In this document: positions 1 through 16,953 of the stretch, piece by piece
Layout: every line of letters starts with the position of its first letter
How positions within the stretch are numbered: position 1 is the stretch's first letter
Assembly: GCA_017499595.2 (NCBI GenBank)
Contig: CM039003.1
Location: 2,604,001 to 2,668,000 of the forward strand
Direction: 5' to 3'
From: Psilocybe cubensis
Taxonomy: Eukaryota
DNA: 64,000 bases
Translations under genes and position numbers: made by a program
Notes under the pieces: model-generated
Database searches by the model: none
Seen by the model: only the letters and a program-made list of their open reading frames with translations
Told to the model about the DNA's origin: nothing

Positions 1-1453
1 GAACGTCAACTCTTTCCAGCTATCTGGCGTTCTCACCTATGCCAATTGGCAATACGCTGGTTGGTACACTTCGTCGAGGTATGCGATACTGGCGCGCAGG
101 CAACTTCCTTCAGGCAGCTGGTCGACGCTTCAGCTGCCGCACCAACTCTCCACAAACGACTCCCACAACGTCATCGCCATTGGTGTCTCTCCTTCTGATG
201 GGAAAATACATATTGCTTTGGACTGCCACAGTACCCAGATGTATTACACTAGTTCGGAGGCAGGCCTTGCAACCAGCGGTGCTAGTTGGACTGCAAGTCG
301 GTTTGGAAGCATCACCAACACACTTGGAAATTTGAATATCGGAAGGTTAGCTACTATATTGCTTCATCCACCTTCAAGTTACTAACATAATGGGTGGGTC
401 CTTAATATTTCTATCTCCCAATTCCATCGATTATTTTCGCAGTACAATTACTTACCCGCAGTTTGTGCTTACTTCGGATAATCTGTTGCAATTCGTCTTC
501 CGGACCGGCATCTCTGGTAATGGTGCCACGCAACTAGCAGAATATAACGGAAACTCCTGGTCAAACATCGGATCGTGGGCTTCTGCGTCTGGAACGTATA
601 CCTCAACCAACGGCGTAACCAGTACCGCTCGCAATTTATACATCCATGGGTTTACTTATAGGTTCGGTACCGCCCATGTAACTGGGACATGGAGAGAACA
701 GAATAGTGCAGTCTCTTGCAGTAGTGCCGGCTTGACGAACCATGATACGACTTACTTCTATTCTCAAGATAAAGGTACGTCTCTATGCTTAATGTTTTTA
801 TCATACTGCAATATCTTCTTGGTAGGCCGCAGTTGGAAGAACAGTGCAGGATCTTCTATTGGACAATCTGGTTCTAACCCTATCAACGTTAACACTGGAG
901 GAACCATTGTCGACTCCCTTAATGCAGACCATGCTCTCATGAATCAAGAGTCCCAAGATGTCGATTCTTCAGGCCAAATTCATGCAATCATCTCCTATGT
1001 ACCAGGTATGTGCTGTTTTTTTAATTGCTAGGAGTGGATATCACATTTCATTTATCAGGTCGCTTCACTCAGTGTGTTTCGAATTATGAGACTGATCGGC
1101 CATTATACGCCAGACCGTTCCACGTATACCGCCACACCAACGGTACATTCACCAAGATGGAGATACCATTCCCTGTCGATTCTGTAGGGCGCTCGCAAAT
1201 TGTCTTGGACAGCAATGATAACGTATACGTCGTGCTTCCGTTCGTTCGTATCGTAACCGCCAGCAAGGCATCTGGGTGGACCGATTGGTCGTTGGCCTAC
1301 GATGGGGTTGCAGCGGGATTGAATGCGTTCGGAGAAGTCACCGTTGATCGTGCCAGAGCTTCCAGTGGCGTTCTTTCGATTCTCTACCAACTCAGTAGTT
1401 CTGGGACAACTCCTTCGCCAGTCAAGGTAATCGACTTCGAGCTTAACGGCTGA
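1..1453 (+). CDS. BNR-repeat (BNR_4-like) beta-propeller protein, multi-exon, 5' end outside window
   Basis: Spliced reading gives HNVIAIGVSPSDGKIHIALDCH, TYPQF, RNLYIHGF, YFYSQDKGRSWKN (Asp-box) and LMNQESQDVD. GT-AG introns lie near 346, 776 and 1006; the stop TGA is at 1451-1453. Confidence 0.75.
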
Positions 1454-1732
1454 ATTTCTTCCTAGTTTTTAGCAGTTTTTAGTCAGTAAAATCAAATGTA
1501 TTATGTTTGAAATGTCTGTATTGCTACCCTTTATTTGAAGCATTATATATAAGAGATATGGTTTACCAGGGATGTTTAAATGTCTGAGTGCTACAATTAT
1601 CTTCCGTGTTTGGAATATCCACTTCCGGTCTATTTTAAAACGTTGGGTTCTGTTAACCTTAATTCCGTACCCCACCATACTGCCAAGAATCTGCTTCATT
1701 ATTGCGCCATTGACCCCCCATTTATACATGTC

Positions 1733-4551
1733 ATGGCTTCGTTTAATACCCCTCGCAATTCTCTCTTCTGGACAAATGCTCCTATGGCCTCTGCATACCT
1801 CGTTGACGACGAAAGTACCGAGCAAGAAGACCCATTGGTGGGAGTCGACTATGATGGTCGGACGCCTGTGAGTCATGAGCGTTCACCGTGAATGTAAATC
1901 AAGTCTGACGGGCTTATAGCTCGATAAAACCATCGACAGGATAGGGATGGGTACATACCAGTGGACGCTGTTATCGCTGTGCGGTTTCGGTGAGCATTTC
2001 TCCTTATTGGCCGCGGTGTTTCATTCTCATCTTTTGTAGGCTGGATGGCAGATAATGTATTCTTCATTTCCTTCCTGACTAGACCTCTGCTGAAGGTGTT
2101 GTTGGCTTAGATGTGGATACAGGCTATCGCTATCATTCTGCCACGAATACAGCAGCACTATTCAGGTGTGCTTTCTCTAAACTTTTTCATTGATGTGTCT
2201 CAATTGTCTTTGTAGTGCCCGACAGTTACATCGGTGCCGTCTCTTCTTCTATGTTTGCTGGGATGATGTTGGGAGCTATTGGTTGGGGTACATGTACGTC
2301 CAAGTGTTTTCTACTCATCCGTTTCTTTCTAACGACACCAGGTTCGGACATACTTGGACGAAGTGCTGCATTCAATGGGACTCTGTTCTTCACTGCCATC
2401 TTCGGCTTGATGGCTTCATTTGCCAATTCTTTCTGTACCCTATGTATTTCCCTATTCTTCCTTGGGAGCGCAGTTGGGGTGAGTCTTTGATACTCGTTCT
2501 CCATGAAGGGAATGATTCTGATGCATTGCACCAGGGTTCTATGCCTACAGACGGCACACTCCTGCTCGAGCACATGCCCAAAGAAAAGCAGTACCTCGTT
2601 ACAGCACTTTCAATCTTCTTCTCCTTTGGCGCCGTTCTTTCGGCAGCCGTTTCCCTTTTCGTACTCCCCAATAACTCTTGTACTGGCATCCCTTGTGACG
2701 TTGACACACAAAATCGAGGATGGAAATACCTACTTATCACCCTCGGACTGATTGTGAGTAACCCACCTCGTTTGATTACCCAGTTCAAAGTCGTTGGAAA
2801 TTGTCTTGGCTCTTGCTTCAGCACTTGTCGAATGTTGCGATTCCAGTTCGCTTTAGTCGGCACTTCAGACTACGAATACGTCTGTTCTTTCTCGGCTTCC
2901 GTGCTTCCCTCGGCTCAACGCTGCTGGACCCTTCCATGTCATTCCCAAATTAAACGTTGACAATTTCAGTCGTCTAATTAATTCTGAATCATAAATCTTG
3001 ACTCTCCGAATATGATTAACTGACATTTTTATATACAGACCCTATGTATGTTTGTTGCGCGCATGGTTCTCTTTCGACTCCATGAATCGCCTCGCTTTCT
3101 GGTGCACGCAGGACGGCCCCAGGACGCAATTAGATCTCTTCAACTCATATCCAAGTTCAATGGGTCAAGCTTGTCTATTGAACTAGAAGATGTCCGAGAT
3201 CACCTCCACGAATCGGAAACGCTGGAAATCGACCCTGAATCACAGAAGGGACAGGGACGCGCTCGCGCGACATCACGAACCATTTTCGACGCAAGTATCA
3301 TTGAGGACGGCCCCGTTTCTAGTTCCCCACCACGACCCTCAAGTATTGATAGTAACGGATCAGCGTCGCGGCCTGCGCTGATCACAGCCTACTCCGCTAC
3401 AGGCGAAAACACTCAGAAGTTAGACTCGCACACTTTCATGACGCCTGTTGCTGAAGACTTTCCGATTCTCCCATCTCCTGTTTCGTCCGAGCCGGCTAGG
3501 AAAGATGCGCCGACAACAGCCATCAGCGAGCACATCGAACATGTTGCTCCCGTTCGGAGACGCCGCCTTTCTAATGCTTCACGTCGATCGTCGGTTTACG
3601 AAGAAAAAGTGTGTCGGAGCCTCCCTCGCTGGCTGAGGAGACCACTTTGGGCATGGTGGGATCGTACCAAAATGGTGCTGGCACCAGAATGGCTTCGGAC
3701 TACTATCCTTGTCTGGACAGCATGGTGCGCCATGTCCCTCGCGTATACCATGTTCAATGTCTATCTCCCAAAATTGCTCGAAACACGGTCAGGAAGTACG
3801 GAAGAATCCCAGACTCTAGAAGGAAGCTTGTGGGATGTAATGATTTTCACCATCGGTGGTTGTCCTGGCGCTCTTGTACGTGTTTTCTCCCTAAATATCT
3901 TATCGTTGATAGAAAGTACTGATTGGTTGTTGATTTCAACATCCGATATGTGAACGCGTAGCTAGGAGCGTTTCTAATTGAATCGAGCTTGGGAAGGAGA
4001 TGGTCACTAGCAGGGAGTACTTTTGTCACTGCATTCTTTTGCATTCTGTTTGTCCTTGTGAAGGCAACTTGGGCCGTAAGACTGAGCACTGTCGGCATCA
4101 GTCTGAGCGCAACAGTAAGTATATGATGACCATCAAATTCTTATTCACTGTATTTTACATATTTTAGGCTATGTGGGCCGTGCTTTATGGTTGGACGCCA
4201 GAAATATTTGGGACCAAGGGTAAGATATGCTATTTTTGTTTGGCATCAAATATGTTAACACCGTGTTATTTATAGTGCGAGGGACAGCCTGCGGTATTGC
4301 ATCGGCCCTGTCCCGAATGTAGGTTCCGGTTCTCGATTTTTTGGTTTATTTTGTAAGACTGACATTATCACTTACCCAGCGGGGGCATGATAGCACCCAT
4401 GCTTGGCGGGATACTTTTGATGATGGATCGGTCTGTCCCTGTATACACCAGCGTCGTGATTTTTGCCATTGCTGGATTTTCTGTACTTTTATTGCGAGAA
4501 GGAGAAGGGGACAGCTCCAGAGGGAAGTCAGGGAGGGCGCTGATCCACTAG
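1733..4551 (+). CDS. MFS transporter (SV2/SVOP-like), multi-exon
   Basis: Motifs LDKTIDRIGMGTYQW, SDILGR, GSMPTDGTLLLEHMP, LHESPRFL, LGRRWSLAG and YGWTPEIFGT occur across GT-AG-spliced exons. ATG at 1733, TAG at 4549-4551. Confidence 0.88.
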
Positions 4552-4781
4552 CTTTGAATCATGATGTAGCGATCACGTTCAACTCGGGGTTGTATATGTA
4601 TTCTTCCGCATGTCCTCTAGCTCGACGTCTGCCAGCTACGCATTGTATTATTCGTCTTTACTAGTCCATTATACACTGTACTATTCATCCTATGTATCTT
4701 ATAAAGCGTCGTCAATTTAGTACAAAGTTTCTCCACAAAAAAAATTACTTTACCCAAATGCTTTTGCGGCCCCTGCTGAAT

Positions 4782-5195
4782 TCATAGTACCACAGCATCA
4801 GCCTCAATCTCTATCTTCATATCTGGATTCATCAACTTCATTCCAAAAATCATAGTCGCTGCAGGCCCAACGGTCCCAAAAACCTCCTTGAACGCATCAC
4901 CGGCTTTCTGCCCGTCCTCCGAATCTGCGTTGGCCACATATATTCTCATGCGTACCACGTCATCCTTCGTGCCTCCTAGACTTTCGATAGCTTTGATGAT
5001 TTCGCGGAATATCTGCATCGTCTGGTCGTATGCGGATTTCGGGTAGAGTACATTTCCCGTAACAGGGTCGGTGGAGGTTGTGCCAGCAACGAAGATGTGT
5101 GGTCCTTTTCGCACGGCTCGAGAGAACCCAAAACGGGTCTCGTATGGGTTCGAAGTACGGTAACGAGTAGTAGGTGTTTTACTTGGTAGTGTCAT
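4782..5195 (-). CDS. Rid (YjgF/YER057c/UK114) family protein, Arg-less Rid4-7 type, copy A
   Basis: Intronless 137-aa ORF with FGFSRAVRKGPHIFVAGTT, PAATM and IEIEADAV. Confidence 0.9.
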   Translation of the reverse strand: MTLPSKTPTTRYRTSNPYETRFGFSRAVRKGPHIFVAGTTSTDPVTGNVLYPKSAYDQTMQIFREIIKAIESLGGTKDDVVRMRIYVANADSEDGQKAGDAFKEVFGTVGPAATMIFGMKLMNPDMKIEIEADAVVL

Positions 5196-6648
5196 CCTAG
5201 TAGAGTGTTACTAGGTGTTGAAGGTAGGTCTGCTGGTACGGTTCTATGTAGTAGAAATTATGGGATCCGGGAGAGAAGAAGCCAGGTATTTAAGGAGGCT
5301 ACTAATTTCAGAAAGTTAGCAGGCTTCGCACTCATTGTTCTAGAGAATGTATTCCCTGCATGGCGTGGCGTGTGACCGCCCACAGAGCCAACTTCCACTT
5401 TTCATCGGTCTACCTAATAAAAATGCACACAAGCCCCAGTGAATAGAGGCAGTTATTATAATTACGGCACGACTGAATTGAAACTATTCATGGATCGCTA
5501 TCAGGACTCCAGGAGAAAGGTTGTTTGATGGGAGACTAAACTGGATAACGGACGAGAATATTAGATACCGTTTGACGCGAGAAACTTACGGTACATGTCA
5601 TGATCGTTCGGTAGGCCCCTAATAACCGCAGTCAAGTAGTCAGCGGCCCAGCAATGAGCTCCGTTCATCTGGTCGTCTGCAATTCTAGTAGTATCTTATT
5701 ACCATTGAACGATATTGAATATTTCTACACACGCAGCTTCGGAGGAGTTTCTACCGTAGGAGGCTAGGGAGGGACCGCAGAGTGGTCAGTTCTGAGCATC
5801 ATCCATGTGGTCTTTGACCATTTGGCGAGGCTTTCCGAATACGAAGTTGGGGCGCCGTTCTCACGAAAAGTATGAAACGAGCGCTAGGGAATTTGCCACC
5901 TACCGCGCATTTTATCAGGTACTTTTGGGTGGAGGGATGTTATAAAAGCAACTTGATCTAACACATACCTGGCACCTGATACCCTTGTATCAGATTACTG
6001 AAAATAGACTTGACCTAAGTGGTTATCTAGACTTTGAGAACCGCATCAACTTGAGCCGTTGATTAAATCTCTCAGGATCCGAAAAGCAGCATTTCTAATC
6101 CGACCATGCAGTCTGTATAGTCGAACTGTTACAATTGAAGTGTGTAAATTACCTTTTTGTTGTACTTCGCAAGGGTCCTTCAATGAAATTCCCTTTTTTT
6201 TCCACGGTTGACCCGGGGGCTTCTGTAACAAACTTCAACGAGGCCTAAATGGGGTAATAATTTCTGAATCGGGAAGCATCATGACAGAGAGATCGCCTTT
6301 TAGGTCCTAGGAGTGAGAATATTGAATGATATCATCTACAGAAAGTTGGATGCACAAGCGCTCATGACGATATATGGTAATAAAATTCAGGCCACAGATA
6401 GGCAAAAATTTGGTCGACCTATGCTGGACTAGTCTGGCACCAATTCCAGATCCTAGTAGTACTTGTATTCTTATCACTAACGAGATGGATGGGCTGTATC
6501 ACTTCAAGAAATGCTATAGATGATTAATACCACCGAGGTAGTAGTGTTCATACTCTCTTGTACGTGCTGATTTCCAATCTACCGCCCGCCACCCTGCTTT
6601 TCCATCTTCGCGATGATAAAGCCTGCGTGTGACCTATCGCTGTCTCAA

Positions 6649-7050
6649 TCAAAGAACGACAGCATCTGCCTCAATCTCCACTCTCATATCAGGATTCACA
6701 AACCCGAGTCCAAACACCATCGTAGCAGCAGGCGCAACGCTTCCAAAAACCTCCTTGAGAGCCCTGCTCACGCCCTCGCTATCCTTGTTTTCGCCTACAA
6801 ACATCCTTAGCCGCACGACGTCTTGCTTTGTCCCTCCTAACGCCTCAATAGCCATCACGATCTCCGAGAATATCTTCAAGGTTTGTTCATAGGCTGATTT
6901 TGGAGACAGGACCTTGCCTGTGCTGGTGTCTATTGCCGTTGTCCCAGACACAAATATGAAGGGACCTTTTCGAACGGCTCTGGAATAGCCAAACTTGGCT
7001 TCGTATGGGTTGGATGTTTGGTGTCGTTGCGTGGTAGTATTGGTAGACAT
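6649..7050 (-). CDS. Rid (YjgF/YER057c/UK114) family protein, Arg-less Rid4-7 type, copy B
   Basis: Intronless 133-aa ORF with FGYSRAVRKGPFIFVSGTT, PAATM and VEIEADAV; colinear with copy A. Confidence 0.9.
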   Translation of the reverse strand: MSTNTTTQRHQTSNPYEAKFGYSRAVRKGPFIFVSGTTAIDTSTGKVLSPKSAYEQTLKIFSEIVMAIEALGGTKQDVVRLRMFVGENKDSEGVSRALKEVFGSVAPAATMVFGLGFVNPDMRVEIEADAVVL

Positions 7051-8094
7051 CGTAGTGTGAGGCGAATGCGAAAGTCGCGCGCGACGAAGGGGATTTACAC
7101 AAGATGATTATAGTGGTCGAGCCGGATTATCTCGATTATCCGGGGAACGCCGATTGTGGGTTGGATTATAAGCAGCGAGGGCTCGAGTCATTTTTATCAG
7201 CCAGCTATATCCAGGCCATATGACAACGCAGACACATCATATAATATGGGTCGGCAAGGAGAATATGGCACCACAAATCGAATCGAATACATGGAGTCAT
7301 ACCTGTATTGTGAAATTGGACGCACGGGCGGGTCCAAGTTGACGATGCGAGCCAAAAATAGGGGCTCAGAATAGGACTCGCCGCGCCATCACCACCACCT
7401 TCTGGCATCTGGCTGTATAAGTGGAGCCTTTCAATTTTGTGGCTTCGGAGACCGATTTAGCTGTATACTTTTTGCATCTACAGGTAAGAATTTGCAAGGT
7501 TTTAAACGTACCTTCATCGCAGAGAAGTCGTCGAGAAGCATTTGTAACTTGGGTGAAGGTTGGTGAGGATTCGTGTGGAAGTATTTCAATCATCCGCCTG
7601 ACAACGAGGGATGAGGTCTTCAAAAGATAAACATACACATTGCACCCTGGGGTAGATTCAAGGTACCCTTGTATGGTTAGTCTCTGGGGACTCGGAAATG
7701 TCGACTGGAATACGGCTTCCCCAGTTTGCCAGGTCGCAGGTCATCAGTTAGCTATATACGTTGTCTGCCGAAACTCAAGACGTAAGGCTGGTTTATATAA
7801 CCCACCGCACAATGTGGACATTTATATAGCTTCAGAGCAAATTTCTGACAGACAAAGGGCAGCGAAAGCTAAGTCGATGAACATTGACGATGATGGTTTG
7901 ATTCAAGTGTGAGAGTGCACTGCCACCACAGATGGTGAACAAGTCATCTTGAACCGTGCGCGTCATGCACGCTCAGTCGTGTGCTTTTCGAGAACGCCGG
8001 TACACAAGCCACGGTATGAGCTCTGGACTCAAACCGCTGAGCACCTATCAAAACTTGAGGCCTCCCTTTACCGTTTAAGATCTGTCTCTTGCAA

Positions 8095-9376
8095 ATGGCG
8101 AAGGCGCGCGTGAATCTTCGCATCGGGGTCGTGCAACTCGCACCCAAGGTTCGTGGTTGTATCTCTACTTCATTGTCAAAACAATCTAAGCGATTTTGAC
8201 AATGTAGCTGGGTCAAGTCCAAGCAAACATTGCAAAGGCTCGAGAGTTTTGCAGAAAGTGTGCATTAATTACGGTATAACAGCCGTTTATCTACGTCTGA
8301 CGCTAGTCATGGCAGAATCTCTCCGCGGTCTGTGGATCTGCTATGTTTCCCTGAGATGGCATTCACTGGTGAGCACTCATTCAGGCTTCTCTCTGCTGGA
8401 ACATTAAACGTTGATATGCCAGATCTCGCTGCACAGGATATGTCTTTGAGAATGCCTCTGCGATTTCACCACATCTCGAGCTTCCACGGACAGGCCCGAC
8501 ATCACTCTTCTGCTCTGAGTGGGCTAAGAAGCTCGAGTGCTATATCATGGCCGGATACCCAGAGAGGCTTGAAAGTCGGGAATTGGAGGAAATACAACGG
8601 GCAGCAAAGGAGTCAAGGGACCATCCTCTAGAAACGCCAGATGGCAAAAAGATCGAACAAGTAGGAGCCAACAGCGCTGTAATCTACGGCCCCGATGGCT
8701 CTTGGGTTGGAGGATATCGCAAGACCAACCTGTTTGAAACGGATCTTACCTGGGCGAAACCTGGTACGCTGACGTACATCCTGTCTTTCTCTGCTGGCCA
8801 TTGACATATCATCATCGGGATTAGGAACCGGTTTTGCAACATTTGTTCTCCCTTCACCCATGCAAACGGTGTCTCTCGGTATCTGCATGGATCTAAACCC
8901 CCAAACCGAGGCATGGACTACTGAAAAAGGACCTTATGAACTCGCCGACTATGCTAAATCCAAAAACGCCAATATCCTCGTCCTGCTGAACGCGTGGTTG
9001 GATTCCAAGAAAGAGGTTGAAGAGGCTTCCGACTGGCAAACATTAAATTACTGGGCAGCTCGCACGCGACCGCTCTGGACAGACGGCAAAGGCGACAAGA
9101 TAGATGACCCCGAGCAAGAGAACCCTGAGGAACATGGACACGAAATGGTTGTTGTAGTGTGTAATCGAAGCGGGGGAGAGAATGGTATGAACTTCGCCCT
9201 TTCATATCTTCCGTTTTTATCTATTGTTTTCAACTCCAGGGAAACTATTTGCCGGAACCTCTGCAATCTTTAGCATGACCCAAGGTTCCGGGCGACCAAA
9301 GCTCCTCGATATGATGGAAAGGCAAGAAGAAGGAGTGCGAATATGGAACATTAAGATCCATGAATCATCACCTTAG
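8095..9376 (+). CDS. NTA1: Carbon-nitrogen hydrolase, protein N-terminal amidase-like, multi-exon
   Basis: Nitrilase triad motifs DLLCFPEMAFTGY (Glu), YRKTNLFETD (Lys) and GICMDLNP (Cys), plus LNAWL, NYWAAR and CNRSGGE. Starts MAKARVNLRIGVVQLAPK; TAG at 9374-9376. Confidence 0.85.
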
Positions 9377-9433
9377 GAGCCCTTTGGCATCTAGAATTTT
9401 GTACAATAGATGATTATTTGAAGGTACAAGATA

Positions 9434-13252
<3,819 letters not shown>

Positions 13253-13899
13253 GGCTTTTGGCAGCGGTTCAGTTTAATAAATGGTAGATATAGAAAAGCA
13301 GGAATGCCGGGAGCGAAATGTGAAGACTGTATCACTGATAACTTCTAACGAAGGTCGTGAAAATGCGTTCCCGTTTCAAGTCTCGTATCGTTTCAAGGAT
13401 AAAGTTGGATGTTTGCGTGCATTGGTGAGAGAATGGGGTGGTTGTGGTTCAAATGATGAAGGGAAATGATTTGGTAATGAACCGGCAAACGCGTGAGCTG
13501 AAAAGATGTGACGACATGTGCATGATGTGACATCTCGTGTGGAACTCAGGAACTTGCTTATCTTATCTTATCTTATCATGCAAAGTTACTGACATGTTCA
13601 GAATGCAGTTCTGCACTGATTTTTGCTGTTTTTTGATGCTTTAGTGGAAATCGACTATCTGTTTATTTAAATTTATTGCTGGAGTAATGCCTGGCGCTCG
13701 AAATAACCCTGTTGTTCGAAGGTGCAGAATCAGCGGTAAGCGAAGCGCACGTTACAGTGGGAAAAACCGGTTGAATCATTTGCTTCGTACCCCACTTCTT
13801 CACTGTTTCTCCAGTTGCGCATCCAGCAATTGTCATCATACTTTATGGAAGGACGCGTCTCAATCAGTGAACTACTCTCATTTCTAGATCTGTCTCAAA

Positions 13900-14345
13900 A
13901 CGAGACCACATCATCTTCACGAATCCTTTTGCCCACAATATTGTACAATTCCAGGACGACGACCAAAACACCAACCTTCTGACTGTCCTTCTTGTTCTTG
14001 ACTTGAAGACATCTCGGGGAGAGCGTGTGCCGAAGAAGAAATCTGCGCTATGATCTCCTGCTTTACATTCTCTGTTGGTTTCACCATCATGAACACCACG
14101 ACAGGGCATATTTGAAGTGCCCCATGGCAGTACCTAACACGACAATGGATTTGGATCCAGGAGATGAGTGTACTTTTGAGAAGACTGCTGAAAATAGCAC
14201 GCTTATAGATCTGGCTAACAAGTGGTCAAAGAGGTGCAACAAGGGAAATAAACCGAAAGATGAGCGCGAAGAGAATTTTCAAGCAGTTTTGAAAAGTACT
14301 TACAGCGCGATGAACAAGCATCTATATGATCCAGGGCCTATGTAA
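13900..14345 (+). pseudogene. 3' remnant of MYND-associated family (copy 0)
   Basis: Frameshifted pieces IIFTNPFAHNIVQF, EDISGRACAEEE and DRAYLKCP..DLDPGD..NKWSKRCNKG match the C-termini of the other copies (e.g. SRAYSKFP..EFDPGE..TKWGKRLKRG). Confidence 0.6.
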
Positions 14346-14594
14346 AGTACTTACTAAATGGTGGTTTGCGGCAAGGGTAGCTGGAAGTGACTTACGTGTA
14401 AGGTTAGCACGACAGGTGGTTACCAACATAAAAACCCCGTGCAGTGCGTCTAAAGCACCCGCGTATCTAAGCTGATCCTCCGCCTTTCACACCTCAGCAG
14501 ATCCTCAAAAAATTCATTGTGCGAATAGCGCCTATTTGCAGCGACAAAAGCTTTCCGATTTTGAATTCAAACCACGCCCGACGCATTGAGCTAG

Positions 14595-16182
14595 ATGCCT
14601 TGGTCTTTGGCAAAAACTGGGAGAGCCCAAAATTTGCCACCCAGAATCTTTCTTCCCTTATCCAAGCTTGATAAGTGCAGCGTATGCCACAAGACCTCGA
14701 AAGAAACTCAATTGCGATGGTGTCAGTACTGTGCTGAAGTACGTTCTATAAATATATTATCGTACTATTCTATTTGATCGATCCTCTCGTTAGGTGGTGT
14801 ACTGCTCCTCTGAATGCTTGCGTCAGGATTGGAAGGAACACAAGCAGAAGTATTGCGGTCCGTATGGCTTATCTCGTTATTGATATCGATCCAACTAAAC
14901 ATTTTTCTTTCAAAAAAACAAAGGAAAGGACAAAACCGACCGTATCGATATTGAATCATACTGGCCATTCCTGGCTACCATCACAACACAATTACGAGAA
15001 CTTCACAACCTGTACACACATCCTGCTCTGCGTCACCGCATTCTTAACACCCCAGATCTTCTCGTGCAAGAGGCCCCATACAACATCGTCCGGGACAGGT
15101 TTTCTTCTGAAGACCCTCTGAGCGGAAAACAGTTGTTCACCTTCCCGAATGGCGTTCGTGCGGTACCCATTGTTCTTGGCGAAAAAATTGACAGGAAGAC
15201 CGCAGCAGAAAAGTGGTGGCCCTCTGCGCCGTCCAAAGCCGCACGCTACAAGCTTGAAAAACGTATTATGTCAGAGGGACACCTGCTACCGGTCTATCTT
15301 TGCATATGCCTCGCGCTGGTATCGGAGATGTACACAACTACTGCGGTGCCGGACTATGAATCTGTGGACGTGGAAGCTCAGGCTACGGGGAGACGTCGCG
15401 TCCGACTGACATGTGGTAGCTCACCTATCTCAGATTTTGGGATTGCACAGGGCAGACTGTACACCAAAGACGAGCAAAGGCTTGGATACTGGTTTGCCGA
15501 CCCAAATTCAAAGACAAGACCTGGCGTAGACAGGTATATGATGGGGCAGGATCCTAACAAGCATTACCGAATATATGTTGAGACGCTCTCGGGAAACATG
15601 TGGTATCTGGATTTTGGGTCCTACACGTTCGGTATGGCTGTGCTAGTCGATGTCCAGCCGTACCGGCTCCCAGGGCAGCATAACACCGATTACGGACTTG
15701 AAGTCGACTTTGTTCCAGGGATGTTCTATGGCCGCCAATACCAGAAAGGAGGAGGGATGGATTCTTCCAATTTCAAACTCGATCGTCGATTTTCTATTTT
15801 GCGGAACGAGAAGGTACACGATATTGTCCAGTGGCGGAAGCATGGTGTCAACGATGTAAAGATACACTCGTTAATGGAAGATGTTAAAGGAAGCAAATGC
15901 TCCGATGCTGAAAAGGAGATGGTCATTGATTTTCTTCCTGAAGCTGTAGAGCTCATTCATTGGAATGTCGTTAAACGCGAACACTTGAATTTCCCGAAGG
16001 AGCCGGCAATCGATATTGATGAAGATTTTTCAGGAAATTTAAGGAGTGTTTGTACGCCGGAATTCGAGGAGAAAATCGCGCAATGGGCTAGGAGGTTTAG
16101 AATGGGAAAAAGTCCTAGGAGCCGAGAAGAGAAAGAATATCAAGAGATTCGGAAGGCGGCTGCGGCTTCACGATCTGGTTGA
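14595..16182 (+). CDS. MYND-type zinc finger + uncharacterised C-terminal domain (copy 1, apparently intact)
   Basis: Exon 1 CSVC..CQYCAE and exon 2 VVYCSSECLRQDWKEHKQKYC form the finger. The long exon 3 carries WWP, EGHLLP, SPISDFGI, GQDPNKHYRIY and WYLDFG. Confidence 0.8.
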
Positions 16183-16289
16183 CAAAAATTAAATTTGCTT
16201 GTATTTGAAAATGCATTTATGTACTTTTAGTATAAAGAAAAATGTCTTTCGCGGCGCGTATACATCATGATTTTTACCGTGCAGACTGC

Positions 16290-16953
16290 ATAGCGCTGTC
16301 ACGGTCGCCCCTATCTATGAACGCGTCAAAGACAGCCTTGTTCACAGTGCACGGTGAGCCCGTCTTGATGGCTTGATGTCGTACACCTTCCCAAACAGCG
16401 TCTCTGCAAAGCCTATTGTACTCGGGTCATCGCACCCTCAAGGGTCCCCGCTAGAAGCATGGTGGCCAACAGCTCAGTCGGACTCAATCCGCCTCAAACT
16501 GTACAGACGCACCGCAAACGAGGGGAACCACGTACCCATATACATCGCGCTGTGCATCGGTCTTGTGGCAGCAATGTATAAAACCACTGCGGTTGCGTGT
16601 GACTCGGCAGAGTACGATGAATCTGTCCCGCTGGTAGATCGGCGACGCGTGCGGCTGAGCTACGATGATACGCTCATTTTGGATTTTAGGATTATTCTGG
16701 GCTCGTTTCTCGTCTCTGGAAAGGACAAGCTTGGGGTATTGGTTCTCAGAGGCGTACCGTGCAGAGAATGAAACTGACGGGAAGTACGTGATAGGCCAGG
16801 ATCCGGAGGAACACTACAATATATATATCCAGACGCTCTCGAATGCCGAATGATATTTCGACTTTGGGATGTATACGTACAACATTGCCATCATGACTGG
16901 AACGCGGGCGTACGGGATAGAAACTTTAAAGCTCGTAGCGCCATATGTAGGTT
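16290..16953 (+). pseudogene. Degenerate MYND-associated family paralogue (copy 2)
   Basis: Carries WWPTAQSD, EGNHVPIYIALCIGL, RRRVRL and GQDPEEHYNIY. There is an extra G in the run at 16733-16736, a TGA at 16851-16853 where paralogues have Trp, and no MYND exons. Confidence 0.8.

Noticed and set aside
2754-3038. Possible H/ACA snoRNA in the 285-nt MFS intron (AGACTA, CAACG/CGTTG stem followed by ACA)
   Set aside because: Box positions relative to the hairpins and the pocket geometry are not canonical; an Infernal/snoGPS search would be needed.
7366-7912. Short ORFs between Rid copy B and the amidase
   Set aside because: No recognisable domain or consistent splice structure; may be a relic but cannot be supported.
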